Shown here in pieces: positions 1 through 9,099 of a stretch of DNA of 64,000 bases. Below the pieces are notes generated by a model, which was not told the origin of the DNA, made no database searches, and was given only the letters and a program-made list of their open reading frames with translations. This DNA is from an uncultured Clostridia bacterium (GTDB lineage Bacteria > Bacillota > Clostridia > Christensenellales > CAG-314), in NCBI GenBank assembly GCA_934203075.1, contig CAKPYT010000040.1:107037-171036 (forward strand), in the 5' to 3' direction. A program made the position numbers and the translations under genes. Every line of letters begins with the position of its first letter. The first letter of the stretch is position 1.

Positions 1-1
1 A

Positions 2-1207
2 TACATGCTGGCAGGGCTCGGCTTGATTTTCATCGGGCTGGACGTCATGTCCGACGCGATGAGTGCCAATCGTGCGGTGATTCAATCCGTTTTTGAGAAG
101 GTGAGCAATCCGTTTTTGCTGCTTCTGGCCGGGGCCGTGTTCACGGCTTTGGTACAATCCAGTTCGGCCACCACGTCGGTATTGATTGCCATGGCGGTCG
201 CCGGCGTCTCCATCGGTACGGGCGGAAACGAAATGTTATACGTCGTACTGGGGACGAATATCGGGTCCTGCGTGACGGCTCTGCTTTCCACGATCGGCGC
301 AAATGCCAATGCCAAGCGCGCCGGAGTCATCCACTTGCTGTTCAACTGTTTCGGTTCGGTGCTGTTTTTTGTGCTGTTGACCTGTTGGCCGACGTTCCGT
401 CAGGATGTGCTTGCGCGATACTTTTCGGAGCCCTCCGTGCAGATTGCAATGTTTCACACCTTCTTCAACGTAACGTGCACGATATTGTTTTTGCCCCTGG
501 TCGATTGGTTCGTCAGAATTTCGTCGGTACTGGTGCGGGAAAAGCCGAAAGAAGCGGCAACGTTCTATTTCGACGAGCGCATGCTGCTGTCCCCTATGAT
601 TGCCATTTCCCAACTGACCAAGGAAACGTGCAACCTTGCCGATCTTGCCTTCGATTCGTTTCTGACGGCGTATCATGCGTTTGAGGAGGGGGATCTTTCC
701 GCAACGGAGAGCGTTCGCCAAAAGGTGGAGGAAACCATTGATTACAGCCAAAGGATTGTAAACTATCTGATACGTATTTCTACGGAGTGCAAATCCGTTG
801 CGGAAGAAAAGTGCGTCACGAACCTGCACAATGCCGTGGGGGATTTGCTTAGAATTGCGGAAATTGCCGATAATATCACCAAATATACCCGTAAAGAGAA
901 CGAGCGTCACCTGAAACTGTCGGATACGGTGCAAAAGCAGCTCAACGACATGGTGGACGTGCTTTCCCGCCTGTTTTCGCTGGCCAGGGAGGGGTTGCTG
1001 ACGCCGCCGGGGCAGCCGACGGAAGCCGCCGCACTGGAGGATGAAATCGACGCCATGCGGAAACGTTACGTGGAGGAGCACATCGCAAGGCTGAACCGCG
1101 GGGAGTGCAAGCCGGAGAACAGCGACGTCTACATTAATTTGGTGTCGAATCTGGAACGGTTGGGGGATCACCTTTCCTACATTGCCGACCGGGCCAAAGA
1201 AGCGTAG
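2..1207 (+). CDS. Na+/phosphate cotransporter family protein with C-terminal PhoU-like domain (5' end cut by window edge)
   Basis: ORF 5..1207 stays open to the window start. The hydrophobic N-part carries QSSSATTS and GTNIGSCVTA signatures. The soluble helical C-part ends in LERLGDHLSYIADRA (PhoU-repeat-like). It lies directly upstream of the pst operon. Confidence 0.85.
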   Translation, partial: YMLAGLGLIFIGLDVMSDAMSANRAVIQSVFEKVSNPFLLLLAGAVFTALVQSSSATTSVLIAMAVAGVSIGTGGNEMLYVVLGTNIGSCVTALLSTIGANANAKRAGVIHLLFNCFGSVLFFVLLTCWPTFRQDVLARYFSEPSVQIAMFHTFFNVTCTILFLPLVDWFVRISSVLVREKPKEAATFYFDERMLLSPMIAISQLTKETCNLADLAFDSFLTAYHAFEEGDLSATESVRQKVEETIDYSQRIVNYLIRISTECKSVAEEKCVTNLHNAVGDLLRIAEIADNITKYTRKENERHLKLSDTVQKQLNDMVDVLSRLFSLAREGLLTPPGQPTEAAALEDEIDAMRKRYVEEHIARLNRGECKPENSDVYINLVSNLERLGDHLSYIADRAKEA

Positions 1208-1211
1208 CGAT

Positions 1212-1250
1212 TTTACAAAAACTTTGCTTTTTCTTTACCGTTTTTCGCCT
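1212..1250 (+). promoter_or_regulatory. Candidate Pho box (11-bp phased TTTACA-like hexamers) upstream of pstS
   Basis: TTTACA at 1212, TTTGCT at 1223 and TTTACC at 1234 are spaced by exactly 11 bp, 60-100 bp upstream of the pstS ATG. Confidence 0.45.
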
Positions 1251-1312
1251 GTTCTTTTTGGGAAACGCAGTAAACTATAGCCGAAAAGAAAATCAAGGAG
1301 GAAATAAAGAAT

Positions 1313-2176
1313 ATGAAAAAAGTATGGAAAATCGTTACGGCATTGGCCGTTCTGTTGGTCTTCGTCTTCAGCGGATGCGGGGCGAAGTTCGATGCAAATA
1401 AAAACGTGAGCGTTATCACGCGCGGTGAGGGAAGCGGCACCAAATCCGCCTTTATGGAAATCATCGGGCTGAAAGGGAAAAAGGACGTTTCCGGGGTGAT
1501 CGTTGCGGAAAGCACGGCACAGGTTCTGAAGGAGGTATCTTCCAACCCGCACGCCATCGGGTTCGATAGTCTCGGGTTTGTAGACGATACCGTAAAAAAA
1601 CTGAAAGTCGACGGGGTGGAAGCAACGGCGGAAAACATTCTTTCCGGCACCTATAAAATATCGCGTCCGCTGTCCGTAGTGTATCAGGAAAGCAAACTCA
1701 ACGACGTCAATCAGGCGTTTCTGGACTTTTTAAAGAGTGCGGACGCCCAAATGATCATCGATAAAAACGGCTACGTCAAAACGATTTCGGATGCTGCGGC
1801 ATATACGAAACGCGGTGTCAGCGGCGAAATTGCCGTCAGCGGCAGCACTTCGCTGCAGCCGTTAATGGAAAAACTTGCAAAAGCGTTTGAAGCGATCGAA
1901 ACGGAAGTGAACGTGATGGTCGGCGGCGGCGGAAGCGGCACCGGTTATCAGAACGCAGAAAACGGCGTGTCGGATTTCGGTATGATTTCGGAGGCGTTCC
2001 AATCCGCCAAGGCACCGGGGTGCGTTTCGTACCGCGTGGCACTGGACGGAATTGCGGTCATCGTGAATCAACAGAACCCTCTGGAAGATATCTCGATGGA
2101 GCAATTGAAAAATATCTACGACGTCGATGCGGGGAAAAACGCACTGAAAGTGTGGAATCAATTACTTGAGGCATAA
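1313..2176 (+). CDS. pstS: Phosphate ABC transporter substrate-binding lipoprotein PstS (motif order suggests circular permutation)
   Basis: AAGGAGG RBS and lipobox VFSGC. PstS-family motifs are RGEGSGTKSAF, AIGF, SGSTSLQPL and GGGGSGTGY. It is the first gene of the pstSCAB string. Confidence 0.9.
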   Translation: MKKVWKIVTALAVLLVFVFSGCGAKFDANKNVSVITRGEGSGTKSAFMEIIGLKGKKDVSGVIVAESTAQVLKEVSSNPHAIGFDSLGFVDDTVKKLKVDGVEATAENILSGTYKISRPLSVVYQESKLNDVNQAFLDFLKSADAQMIIDKNGYVKTISDAAAYTKRGVSGEIAVSGSTSLQPLMEKLAKAFEAIETEVNVMVGGGGSGTGYQNAENGVSDFGMISEAFQSAKAPGCVSYRVALDGIAVIVNQQNPLEDISMEQLKNIYDVDAGKNALKVWNQLLEA

Positions 2177-2179
2177 AGA

Positions 2180-3070
2180 ATGACTTTGTATCAAAGATTA
2201 CGGCAAAAGGAAAAAATCATGCGCGGCGTATTTTTTACCTGCGCCGTTTTCTCCGTTTTGGCCTTAATTACCATCCTGGTGTTTCTGCTGGTCGGGGGCG
2301 TGCCGTTTTTGGCAAAGACGGGCGTCGGGCAGTTCCTCTTCGGCACGAATTGGGATCCGCTTGCGGAAACACCCTCCTACGGGATTCTGCCCATGATTGT
2401 AGCAACACTGTACGTCACGGCGCTCTCCGTGCTGATCGGCGTGCCGATCGGTCTGGGCACAGCCCTTGCGCTCTATCGGTTCCTGCCGAAGCGCCTGGTT
2501 CGTCCCGTAAAGCAGGCCATCAATCTGCTGGCAGGGATCCCGTCCGTTTTGTTCGGTCTGTTTGGTATCACGGTGATCGTTCCGTTTTTGAGGGACGTCC
2601 TTTCGCCGAACGGGGTGGGGTACGGCATTCTTGCCGCTTCGCTGGTGCTTTCCGTCATGATTCTGCCAACAGTCGTCAGCATTTCGTGCGACAGCCTGGA
2701 AAGCGTCCCGCAGGAATACTATTCCGGGGCGCTGGCACTCGGGGCAACCAAAGAGCAGGCAACGTTTTCCGTAATGCTGCCGGCTGCGAAAAGCGGAATT
2801 CTGGCGGGTGTCGTGCTTGCGATCGGCAGAGTCGTCGGGGAAACGATGGCAGTTATTATGGTCATCGGCGGAAGCGCCGAAATGCCGCACGGCTTGTTTC
2901 AGAGCGTACGTACGCTCACGGCAAACATCGCAATGGGCGCTATGGAAATGCGGGGAGATCCGCTGAACGCCCTGATTGCGACAGGCGTGATTCTGTTGGT
3001 ATTCACGCTGCTGTTGAACGTCAGTTTTTCGGCACTGAAGCGTAAGGGAGAAAGGGAGGAAAAGCAATGA
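2180..3070 (+). CDS. pstC: Phosphate ABC transporter permease PstC
   Basis: Multi-TM permease with an EAA-type loop (GALALGATKEQATFSVMLPAAKSGI). Position follows pstS. Confidence 0.9.
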   Translation: MTLYQRLRQKEKIMRGVFFTCAVFSVLALITILVFLLVGGVPFLAKTGVGQFLFGTNWDPLAETPSYGILPMIVATLYVTALSVLIGVPIGLGTALALYRFLPKRLVRPVKQAINLLAGIPSVLFGLFGITVIVPFLRDVLSPNGVGYGILAASLVLSVMILPTVVSISCDSLESVPQEYYSGALALGATKEQATFSVMLPAAKSGILAGVVLAIGRVVGETMAVIMVIGGSAEMPHGLFQSVRTLTANIAMGAMEMRGDPLNALIATGVILLVFTLLLNVSFSALKRKGEREEKQ

Positions 3071-3909
3071 AACGGCACGTTCTTTCGCAAAAAAGCGGCA
3101 AGGCGGCAAAAGGTCTTTGCTTTGGAACCACGGCGCTGGCGTTGATTTCCCTGGCGGGGATACTGCTGTACGTGCTGATCGGCGGCGTAGGGAAACTTTC
3201 GTTTTCGCTGTTGTTTGGCAACGGAGAAGACGGGCCCACCATCCTTCCGGCTCTGGTCGGTACTTTGTGGCTGATCGTGATTGCGCTCGGCATCGCCGTG
3301 CCGCTCGGCATCGGCAGCGCGTTGTTTTTAACGGAGTATGCCGACTGCCGCAGCAAATGGATACAGGGTGTACGCATAGCAACGGAAACCCTGGCGGGCA
3401 TTCCCAGTATCGTGTACGGGTTGTTCGGGTATCTGGTTTTTGTGGTGGCACTGAAGTTCGGCTATTCGCTGCTTGGCGGCGGAATCACGCTTGCCATCAT
3501 GGTGTTGCCGGTCATCGTGCGCTCTACCGAAGAATGTTTGCTTGCCGTTCCGCAAGGGCTGAGGGAAGCCTCCCTCGCGCTCGGCGCGGGAAAGGTCCGC
3601 ACGATTTTCCGTGTGGTGCTGCCCTCTTGTGCGGGCGGGATCGTAACGGCAATCATCCTTGCGGCAGGCAGGGTGCTTTCCGAAAGTGCGGTACTCATTC
3701 TGACGATCGGCATGGTCACGAACAAAATGCCTGCCGGCGTTTTGTCCCCGGGGACCAGCCTCGCATTGGATATCTACTATTTTGCGGGGCACGGCTATCC
3801 GGATGAAGCCGCGGCAACGGGCGTGGTGCTGATGGTGTTCGTTTTGCTGATTAACCTGGGCGCAGGCATCATCGGTAAATGCATCAAACGGAAAACGGGT
3901 GAAAACTAG
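3067..3909 (+). CDS. pstA: Phosphate ABC transporter permease PstA
   Basis: Multi-TM permease with loop SLALGAGKVRTIFRVVLPSCAGGI. It overlaps pstC by 4 nt (ATGA). Confidence 0.9.
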   Translation: MKRHVLSQKSGKAAKGLCFGTTALALISLAGILLYVLIGGVGKLSFSLLFGNGEDGPTILPALVGTLWLIVIALGIAVPLGIGSALFLTEYADCRSKWIQGVRIATETLAGIPSIVYGLFGYLVFVVALKFGYSLLGGGITLAIMVLPVIVRSTEECLLAVPQGLREASLALGAGKVRTIFRVVLPSCAGGIVTAIILAAGRVLSESAVLILTIGMVTNKMPAGVLSPGTSLALDIYYFAGHGYPDEAAATGVVLMVFVLLINLGAGIIGKCIKRKTGEN

Positions 3910-3951
3910 AAGGGAGGAGCGCCGGAGCAAACAGTGAAAACGGGAGAAGAA

Positions 3952-4713
3952 ATGAAAGATCAAACAAAAATCAGTGTAAAGGACTGTAATCTATACTACG
4001 GAGATTTTCACGCGTTAAAAGACGTAACCCTGAAGATTCCCGCACAAAAAGTCATGGCATTCATCGGCCCTTCCGGGTGTGGGAAATCCACTTTTTTAAG
4101 GACACTGAACCGCATGAACGATTTGATCGAAGGGTGTCGTGTCACGGGAGAGTTTCTACTGGACGGGCAGGATATTTACGCCAAAGGTGTGGACGTAAAC
4201 CGCTTGCGGAAGGAGGTCGGTATGGTGTTTCAAAAACCAAACCCTTTCCCCATGAGTATTTACGATAACATTGCGTATGCCCCGCGGACGTTCGGGATCA
4301 AGAATAAAACGCAGTTGGACGAAATCGTGGAGAAAGCCCTGCGGGATGCCGGCGTTTGGGAGGAAACGAAAGATCACCTCAAAAAAAGTGCCCTCGGGAT
4401 GAGCGGAGGGCAACAGCAAAGGCTTTGCATCGCACGCGCCCTGGCGGCACAGCCGCAGGTGTTGCTGATGGACGAACCGACCAGTGCTCTGGACCCGATT
4501 TCCACGGCGAAGATTGAGGAGCTCATCGAAACCCTGAAGCAGGAACTGACGGTAGTGATTGTGACGCATAACATGCAGCAAGCCACCCGCATTGCGGACG
4601 AAACGGCATTTTTCCTGCTGGGCGAACTGGTGGAAGTCGGCGAGACGGAGCAGGTGTTCTCGCAGCCGAAGGACGCCCGCACCGAAAATTATATTACCGG
4701 GCGTTTTGGTTAA
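3952..4713 (+). CDS. pstB: Phosphate ABC transporter ATP-binding protein PstB
   Basis: Walker [10 protein letters not shown], signature [13 protein letters not shown], Walker [12 protein letters not shown] and a C-terminal YITGRFG. The ORF opens at 3934, but the ATG at 3952 has a GGGAG RBS. Confidence 0.92.
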   Translation: MKDQTKISVKDCNLYYGDFHALKDVTLKIPAQKVMAFIGPSGCGKSTFLRTLNRMNDLIEGCRVTGEFLLDGQDIYAKGVDVNRLRKEVGMVFQKPNPFPMSIYDNIAYAPRTFGIKNKTQLDEIVEKALRDAGVWEETKDHLKKSALGMSGGQQQRLCIARALAAQPQVLLMDEPTSALDPISTAKIEELIETLKQELTVVIVTHNMQQATRIADETAFFLLGELVEVGETEQVFSQPKDARTENYITGRFG

Positions 4714-4751
4714 GGAACACTTGAAAAACAAGAAAAAAAAGGTTAAAATAT

Positions 4752-5399
4752 ATGAGTGCAAGAAGTAAATACGAACAAGAACTAAACGCAATGTTTGAAA
4801 AGCTGATCCGTATGGGACGCAATGCGGAACTTGCCATCGAGCAGTCGGTCACGGCCCTGAAAACGCGAGATAAAGCCCTGGCGCATAGCGTGATGGCAGA
4901 AGATTATCAGATCGATGCGCAGGAAAGGGAAATCGAGCAGGACTGCCTGCGGATTTTACTGTTGGAACACCCCGTCGCCGGGGACTTTCGCGAAGTGTCT
5001 TCCGCATTGAAGATGATCACGGATCTGGAACGCATCGGCGATCAGGCGGCGGACATTGCGGAACTGACGCTGCAATTCGGCGACGAAGCGTTTCTGAAAG
5101 AACCGCAGCACATCGAACAGATGGCAAAAATTGTCATCGGGATGCTGAAAGACGGCGTTCAGAGTTACATCAATCGCGACGTTGCCGTTGCACGAGGGCT
5201 GAACACGCGGGACGACCGCGTCGATGCCTTGTTTCTTACGGTGCGGCAGGAATTGGTGCGGCTGATCCGCCAGAATCCGCAAAATGCGGAACAGGCAGTG
5301 CTGCTGCTGATGATTGCAAAGTACCTGGAACGCATCGGCGATCATGCCGTGAACGTCGGCGAATGGGCAACCTATGCCGCAACGGGGGACCGCACCTGA
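4752..5399 (+). CDS. phoU: Phosphate signalling complex protein PhoU
   Basis: Two PhoU repeats with LERIGDQAADIA and LERIGDHAVNV. Confidence 0.92.
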   Translation: MSARSKYEQELNAMFEKLIRMGRNAELAIEQSVTALKTRDKALAHSVMAEDYQIDAQEREIEQDCLRILLLEHPVAGDFREVSSALKMITDLERIGDQAADIAELTLQFGDEAFLKEPQHIEQMAKIVIGMLKDGVQSYINRDVAVARGLNTRDDRVDALFLTVRQELVRLIRQNPQNAEQAVLLLMIAKYLERIGDHAVNVGEWATYAATGDRT

Positions 5400-5409
5400 A
5401 GGGGGAAAG

Positions 5410-6078
5410 ATGGAAAAGAAATTGATTTATGCCGTGGACGACGAGCCGTCCATTCGGGAAGTGTACGAATACTCGCTTTCCGGGGCGGGGTTTGCAGTAA
5501 AGTGCTTTGACGGAGCCGCGGCTTTGTACGAGGCGGTCGATCAATCGCTGCCGGATTTGTTCCTGCTGGATATCATGCTGGACGGAGAGGACGGCTATGC
5601 CATTCTGGAACATCTGAAAGGGGACGTACGCACGGCAAAAATCCCCGTGATTATGGTTTCGGCCAAAACGACGGAGATCGATAAAGTCAAAGGGTTGGAT
5701 CTCGGTGCGGACGACTATCTTTCCAAGCCGTTCGGCGTGCTGGAATTGATCGCACGCGTTCGTGCCAAACTGCGCACAAGCGTTGCCGCTCCCGCAAAGG
5801 TCGGGTATCTGGACATTTCCGTCGACGACGAAAAACATCGTGTCGTCGTTGCGGGAAAGGAGCAAACGCTCACGCTGAAACAATACGAACTGCTGAAACT
5901 GTTGGTGCAGAACGCCGGGAAAGTGATGAAGCGCAACGATCTTCTGGATACGGTCTGGGGTGAAAACTACGGCGAAACCCGCACTTTGGATATTCACATC
6001 GGGGATTTGCGAAAAGTTTTGGCAAACAGCCGTGCGGAATTGGTTACCGTGAGAGGGGTAGGATATCTGTTAAAATGA
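5410..6078 (+). CDS. phoP: OmpR/PhoB-family response regulator (PhoP/PhoB-type)
   Basis: Receiver domain (YAVDDEPSIRE, LLDIMLDGEDG) plus a winged-helix output domain (TVRGVGYLL). ATG 5410 is preceded by GAAGGGGGAAAG. The ORF-track start at 5374 overlaps phoU. Confidence 0.85.
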   Translation: MEKKLIYAVDDEPSIREVYEYSLSGAGFAVKCFDGAAALYEAVDQSLPDLFLLDIMLDGEDGYAILEHLKGDVRTAKIPVIMVSAKTTEIDKVKGLDLGADDYLSKPFGVLELIARVRAKLRTSVAAPAKVGYLDISVDDEKHRVVVAGKEQTLTLKQYELLKLLVQNAGKVMKRNDLLDTVWGENYGETRTLDIHIGDLRKVLANSRAELVTVRGVGYLLK

Positions 6079-7766
6079 AAAAGAAACTGGTTTTGTTTAA
6101 CTGCATCATTCTGACGCTTGCCGTGGTGGTACTGTTCCTGTTCGGAATTTCCATCAATCGGGAATCCCACCTGGAAGAAGCGGAAAAAGAAATCAAGAAC
6201 CTGGCGGAAATTTATGCCGCCAATTTTAACGAACATATTACCGAAAACGTGCCGAAAAATATACGTATTACCGTGGTGGACGATAGTTTTCACGTCGTTG
6301 CGGACAGCGAGGACCAGGGAATCGTCGGGACCGTTCACACCGACCGGGAGGAGTTGGAGTTCGCTCTGGACGGACACCCAGAAGTCGTCACGCGCTATAG
6401 CGATACGCTGCAAAAAGAAATGATGTATTATGCCGTAAAGGTCCCGTCCGGCACAAGCTACGTGTTTGTGCGGGTGGCCATTCCCGTGGAAAGCATCGAA
6501 GGGTACGTGCAAAAGAGCATCCCCACGGCGATCTATGTGCTGCTTTTGGTGATGGTCGTTTCGTTTGTGGCAAGCATTGTCGCAGCAAACAGTCTGGTGA
6601 AGCCCGTAAAGGACGTGAAACGCAGTCTGGAATCCGTCAAAAACGGAACGTTCCGTAAAATCGTGCCGTCTTCCGGAGATGAAGAGATCGACGGAATTTT
6701 GCGCGAAATCAACGATATCGGTGAAAAATTGCAAGCAAGCCTCAAAAAGACCGAAGCGGATAAAGAAGAATTGAACTATATTTTGGGCAACGTTTCGGAC
6801 GGCATCGTCGTTTTAGACGAGCACGGCGTCGTAAGCGTTCTGAACCGCGCCGCTTCGGAGATTTTTGACCTGAAGCAGGGCGAGGGAAAATCCGTTTCGA
6901 TTCTGACGTCGGACGAAACGTTCCTCGGTGCAATCGACCGCGGCACGCGGGAGGGCAAGGCGGCCTGCGAGTGGAAGCAGGGCGGCAAAACCTATCTCGT
7001 TTCCGTGCGATCCCTGGAGAAGGGGTTCGTCGTTGCAGTGTTGTCGGAAATCACGGCAGTGAAAAACGCAGAACAAATGCGCAGCGAATTCTTCGCAAAC
7101 GCTTCGCACGAATTGAAAACACCGCTGACGGCAATCAAAGGGTTTAACGATTTAATCACGTTGGAAACGTCGGAGGAAAAAACAAAGGAACTTTCTTCGA
7201 AAATAGAAAAAGAAGTATCGCGTATTCTGGCTTTGCTGAACGATATGTTGGATCTTTCCCGCCTGGAGGAACCGCAAGCCGTACATCCGGAAGAATTATC
7301 TCTTTCGGAAATCGCACAGGACGTAAAGGATCGACTTGCCCTGGCGGCCGAAAACAAGCACGTATCCGTTCGCATCGAGGGGGACGGCACGGTATGGATG
7401 GAGCGGGAACATGCAACGGAGTTGGTTAAAAATCTGGTAGAAAACGCCATTCGCTACAATAACGAAAACGGATACGTCAAAGTGCTGATTTCGCAAAACG
7501 ATGCAGGCACTACGCTTTCGGTGGAGGATAACGGCATCGGAATCGAGGAAGAACATCAAAGCCGGCTGTTTGAACGGTTTTACCGCGTCAACAAATCCCG
7601 CTCGCGCGAAACGGGCGGCACGGGGCTCGGCCTCGCCATTGTAAAACACATCTGCAACCTCTACGGAACCGAGCCGGAACTGCACTCCAAATACGGGGTC
7701 GGTACCACGGTGCGGATCACGTTCCCCGCAAGAAACGTTGCGGCAAAAAGCGAAAAGGCACGGTAA
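6075..7766 (+). CDS. phoR: Sensor histidine kinase (PhoR-type)
   Basis: N-terminal TM segments, H-box FFANASHELKTPLT and HATPase boxes (ENAIRYN, DNGIGI, GGTGLGLAIV). It overlaps the regulator gene by 4 nt. Confidence 0.85.
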   Translation: MKKKLVLFNCIILTLAVVVLFLFGISINRESHLEEAEKEIKNLAEIYAANFNEHITENVPKNIRITVVDDSFHVVADSEDQGIVGTVHTDREELEFALDGHPEVVTRYSDTLQKEMMYYAVKVPSGTSYVFVRVAIPVESIEGYVQKSIPTAIYVLLLVMVVSFVASIVAANSLVKPVKDVKRSLESVKNGTFRKIVPSSGDEEIDGILREINDIGEKLQASLKKTEADKEELNYILGNVSDGIVVLDEHGVVSVLNRAASEIFDLKQGEGKSVSILTSDETFLGAIDRGTREGKAACEWKQGGKTYLVSVRSLEKGFVVAVLSEITAVKNAEQMRSEFFANASHELKTPLTAIKGFNDLITLETSEEKTKELSSKIEKEVSRILALLNDMLDLSRLEEPQAVHPEELSLSEIAQDVKDRLALAAENKHVSVRIEGDGTVWMEREHATELVKNLVENAIRYNNENGYVKVLISQNDAGTTLSVEDNGIGIEEEHQSRLFERFYRVNKSRSRETGGTGLGLAIVKHICNLYGTEPELHSKYGVGTTVRITFPARNVAAKSEKAR

Positions 7767-7938
7767 TCCACCAAAAGATTCCTTTCCCTTCGAAAGAGGG
7801 GAAGTGACGAAGGAAATTTCGTTTCTTCGATTTCGAGGACAGTTCGGGCGTCGAAGAGGAAAAGAAAGTGCTTTGTGCGACGGCAGAAAACGATCGCTGC
7901 CAAAAAAAGGAAAAAAGAGAATACCCGAAAAAAAGAAA

Positions 7939-7967
7939 AAGAGGACGGAAAAATTTCCGTCCTCTTT
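7939..7967. terminator. Bidirectional rho-independent terminator between phoR and the convergent GGGtGRT gene
   Basis: AGAGGACGGAAA / TTTCCGTCCTCT forms a perfect 12-bp stem flanked by an A-run and a T-run. Confidence 0.75.
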
Positions 7968-8087
7968 TGTAACTTTTGTAAGGACAAGGTCAAAGCCTGT
8001 TCGTGTGCAGGAGCGTTTCCCTTTTGTTTTTTGTAACGAAAGGGGCGTCGGCAAACGAACGGCAAGGATCCGACTTGCGGAAGGGCT

Positions 8088-9089
8088 CTATTTTGTTTGC
8101 GCCGTTTCCACGGCAACGGCAAGGTTCACCGTTGCGCCCACCATCGGGTTGTTGCCCATGCCGATCAGTCCCATCATTTCCACGTGAGCGGGCACGGAAC
8201 TGCTTCCGGCAAATTGAGCGTCGCTGTGCATTCTGCCCATGGTATCGGTCATGCCGTAACTGGCAGGCCCCGCCGCAACGTTATCCGGGTGGAGCGTTCT
8301 GCCGGTGCCGCCGCCGCTGGCAACCGAGAAGTAGGGCTGGCCGTGTTCGATCGCCCATTTTTTGTAAGTGCCCGCCACCGGATGCTGAAACCGGGTCGGG
8401 TTGGTAGAATTGCCGGTGATGGAAACGTCCACCTTTTCGTGCCTCATAATGGCTACGCCTTCGTTTACGTCAAACGCCCCGTAGCAACGCACGCTTGCCC
8501 GTTCCCCTTTGCTGAAAGGCAAGGTTTTTACCACGGTCAACTCATCCGTAAAGGGGTTGTAAGCAGTTTGCACGTAGGTGAACCCGTTGATCCGGCTGAT
8601 GATGTATGCCGCATCTTTGCCGAGACCGTTCAGGATGACCTGCAGCGGGGTTTTACGCACTTTGTTGGCACTTCTCGCAATGCCGATGGCGCCTTCCGCT
8701 GCGGCAAAACTTTCGTGTCCGGCCAAAAAAGCGAAGCATTTCGTTTCTTCTTTCAACAATCGGGCGGCAAGGTTTCCGTGCCCAAGGCCGACCTGACGAC
8801 GATCTGCCACAGACCCGGGAATACAAAAAGCCTGCAGGCCGATGCCGATGGCTTCTGCCGCATCCGCAGCGCGTTTCGCTCCCTTTTTGAGGGCAATGGC
8901 TGCCCCTAACGTGTAGGCCCAAACGGCATTTTCAAAGGCAATCGGCTGAATGGACTTCACAATTCCGTTCACGTCGATTCCGTTGGCGTCGCACAGTGCT
9001 TTTGCGTCTTCCAGGGAGGCAAAACCATATTCCTTCAGTGCAACGTTGATTTTGTCGATTCTTCTTTCGTAACCTTCAAACTGTGTCAT
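8088..9089 (-). CDS. GGGtGRT-family protein (function unknown)
   Basis: Eponymous motif SGGGTGRTLHPDN, plus MGRMHSDAQFAGSSSVP and GMGNNPMVGA. An internal Met (MTQFEGYERR) is preceded by a GGAGGGAGG RBS. The longer ORF-track start at 9170 is probably an extension. The start coordinate may be off by about 1 nt. Confidence 0.85.
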   Translation of the reverse strand: MTQFEGYERRIDKINVALKEYGFASLEDAKALCDANGIDVNGIVKSIQPIAFENAVWAYTLGAAIALKKGAKRAADAAEAIGIGLQAFCIPGSVADRRQVGLGHGNLAARLLKEETKCFAFLAGHESFAAAEGAIGIARSANKVRKTPLQVILNGLGKDAAYIISRINGFTYVQTAYNPFTDELTVVKTLPFSKGERASVRCYGAFDVNEGVAIMRHEKVDVSITGNSTNPTRFQHPVAGTYKKWAIEHGQPYFSVASGGGTGRTLHPDNVAAGPASYGMTDTMGRMHSDAQFAGSSSVPAHVEMMGLIGMGNNPMVGATVNLAVAVETAQTK

Positions 9090-9099
9090 AGCCTCCCTC

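Noticed and set aside
7296-8187. ORFs spanning the phoR-GGGtGRT intergenic region (7296..8054, 7661..8122, 7738..8187).
   Set aside because: They are purine-run, low-complexity translations crossing a strong bidirectional terminator, with no RBS or motifs.
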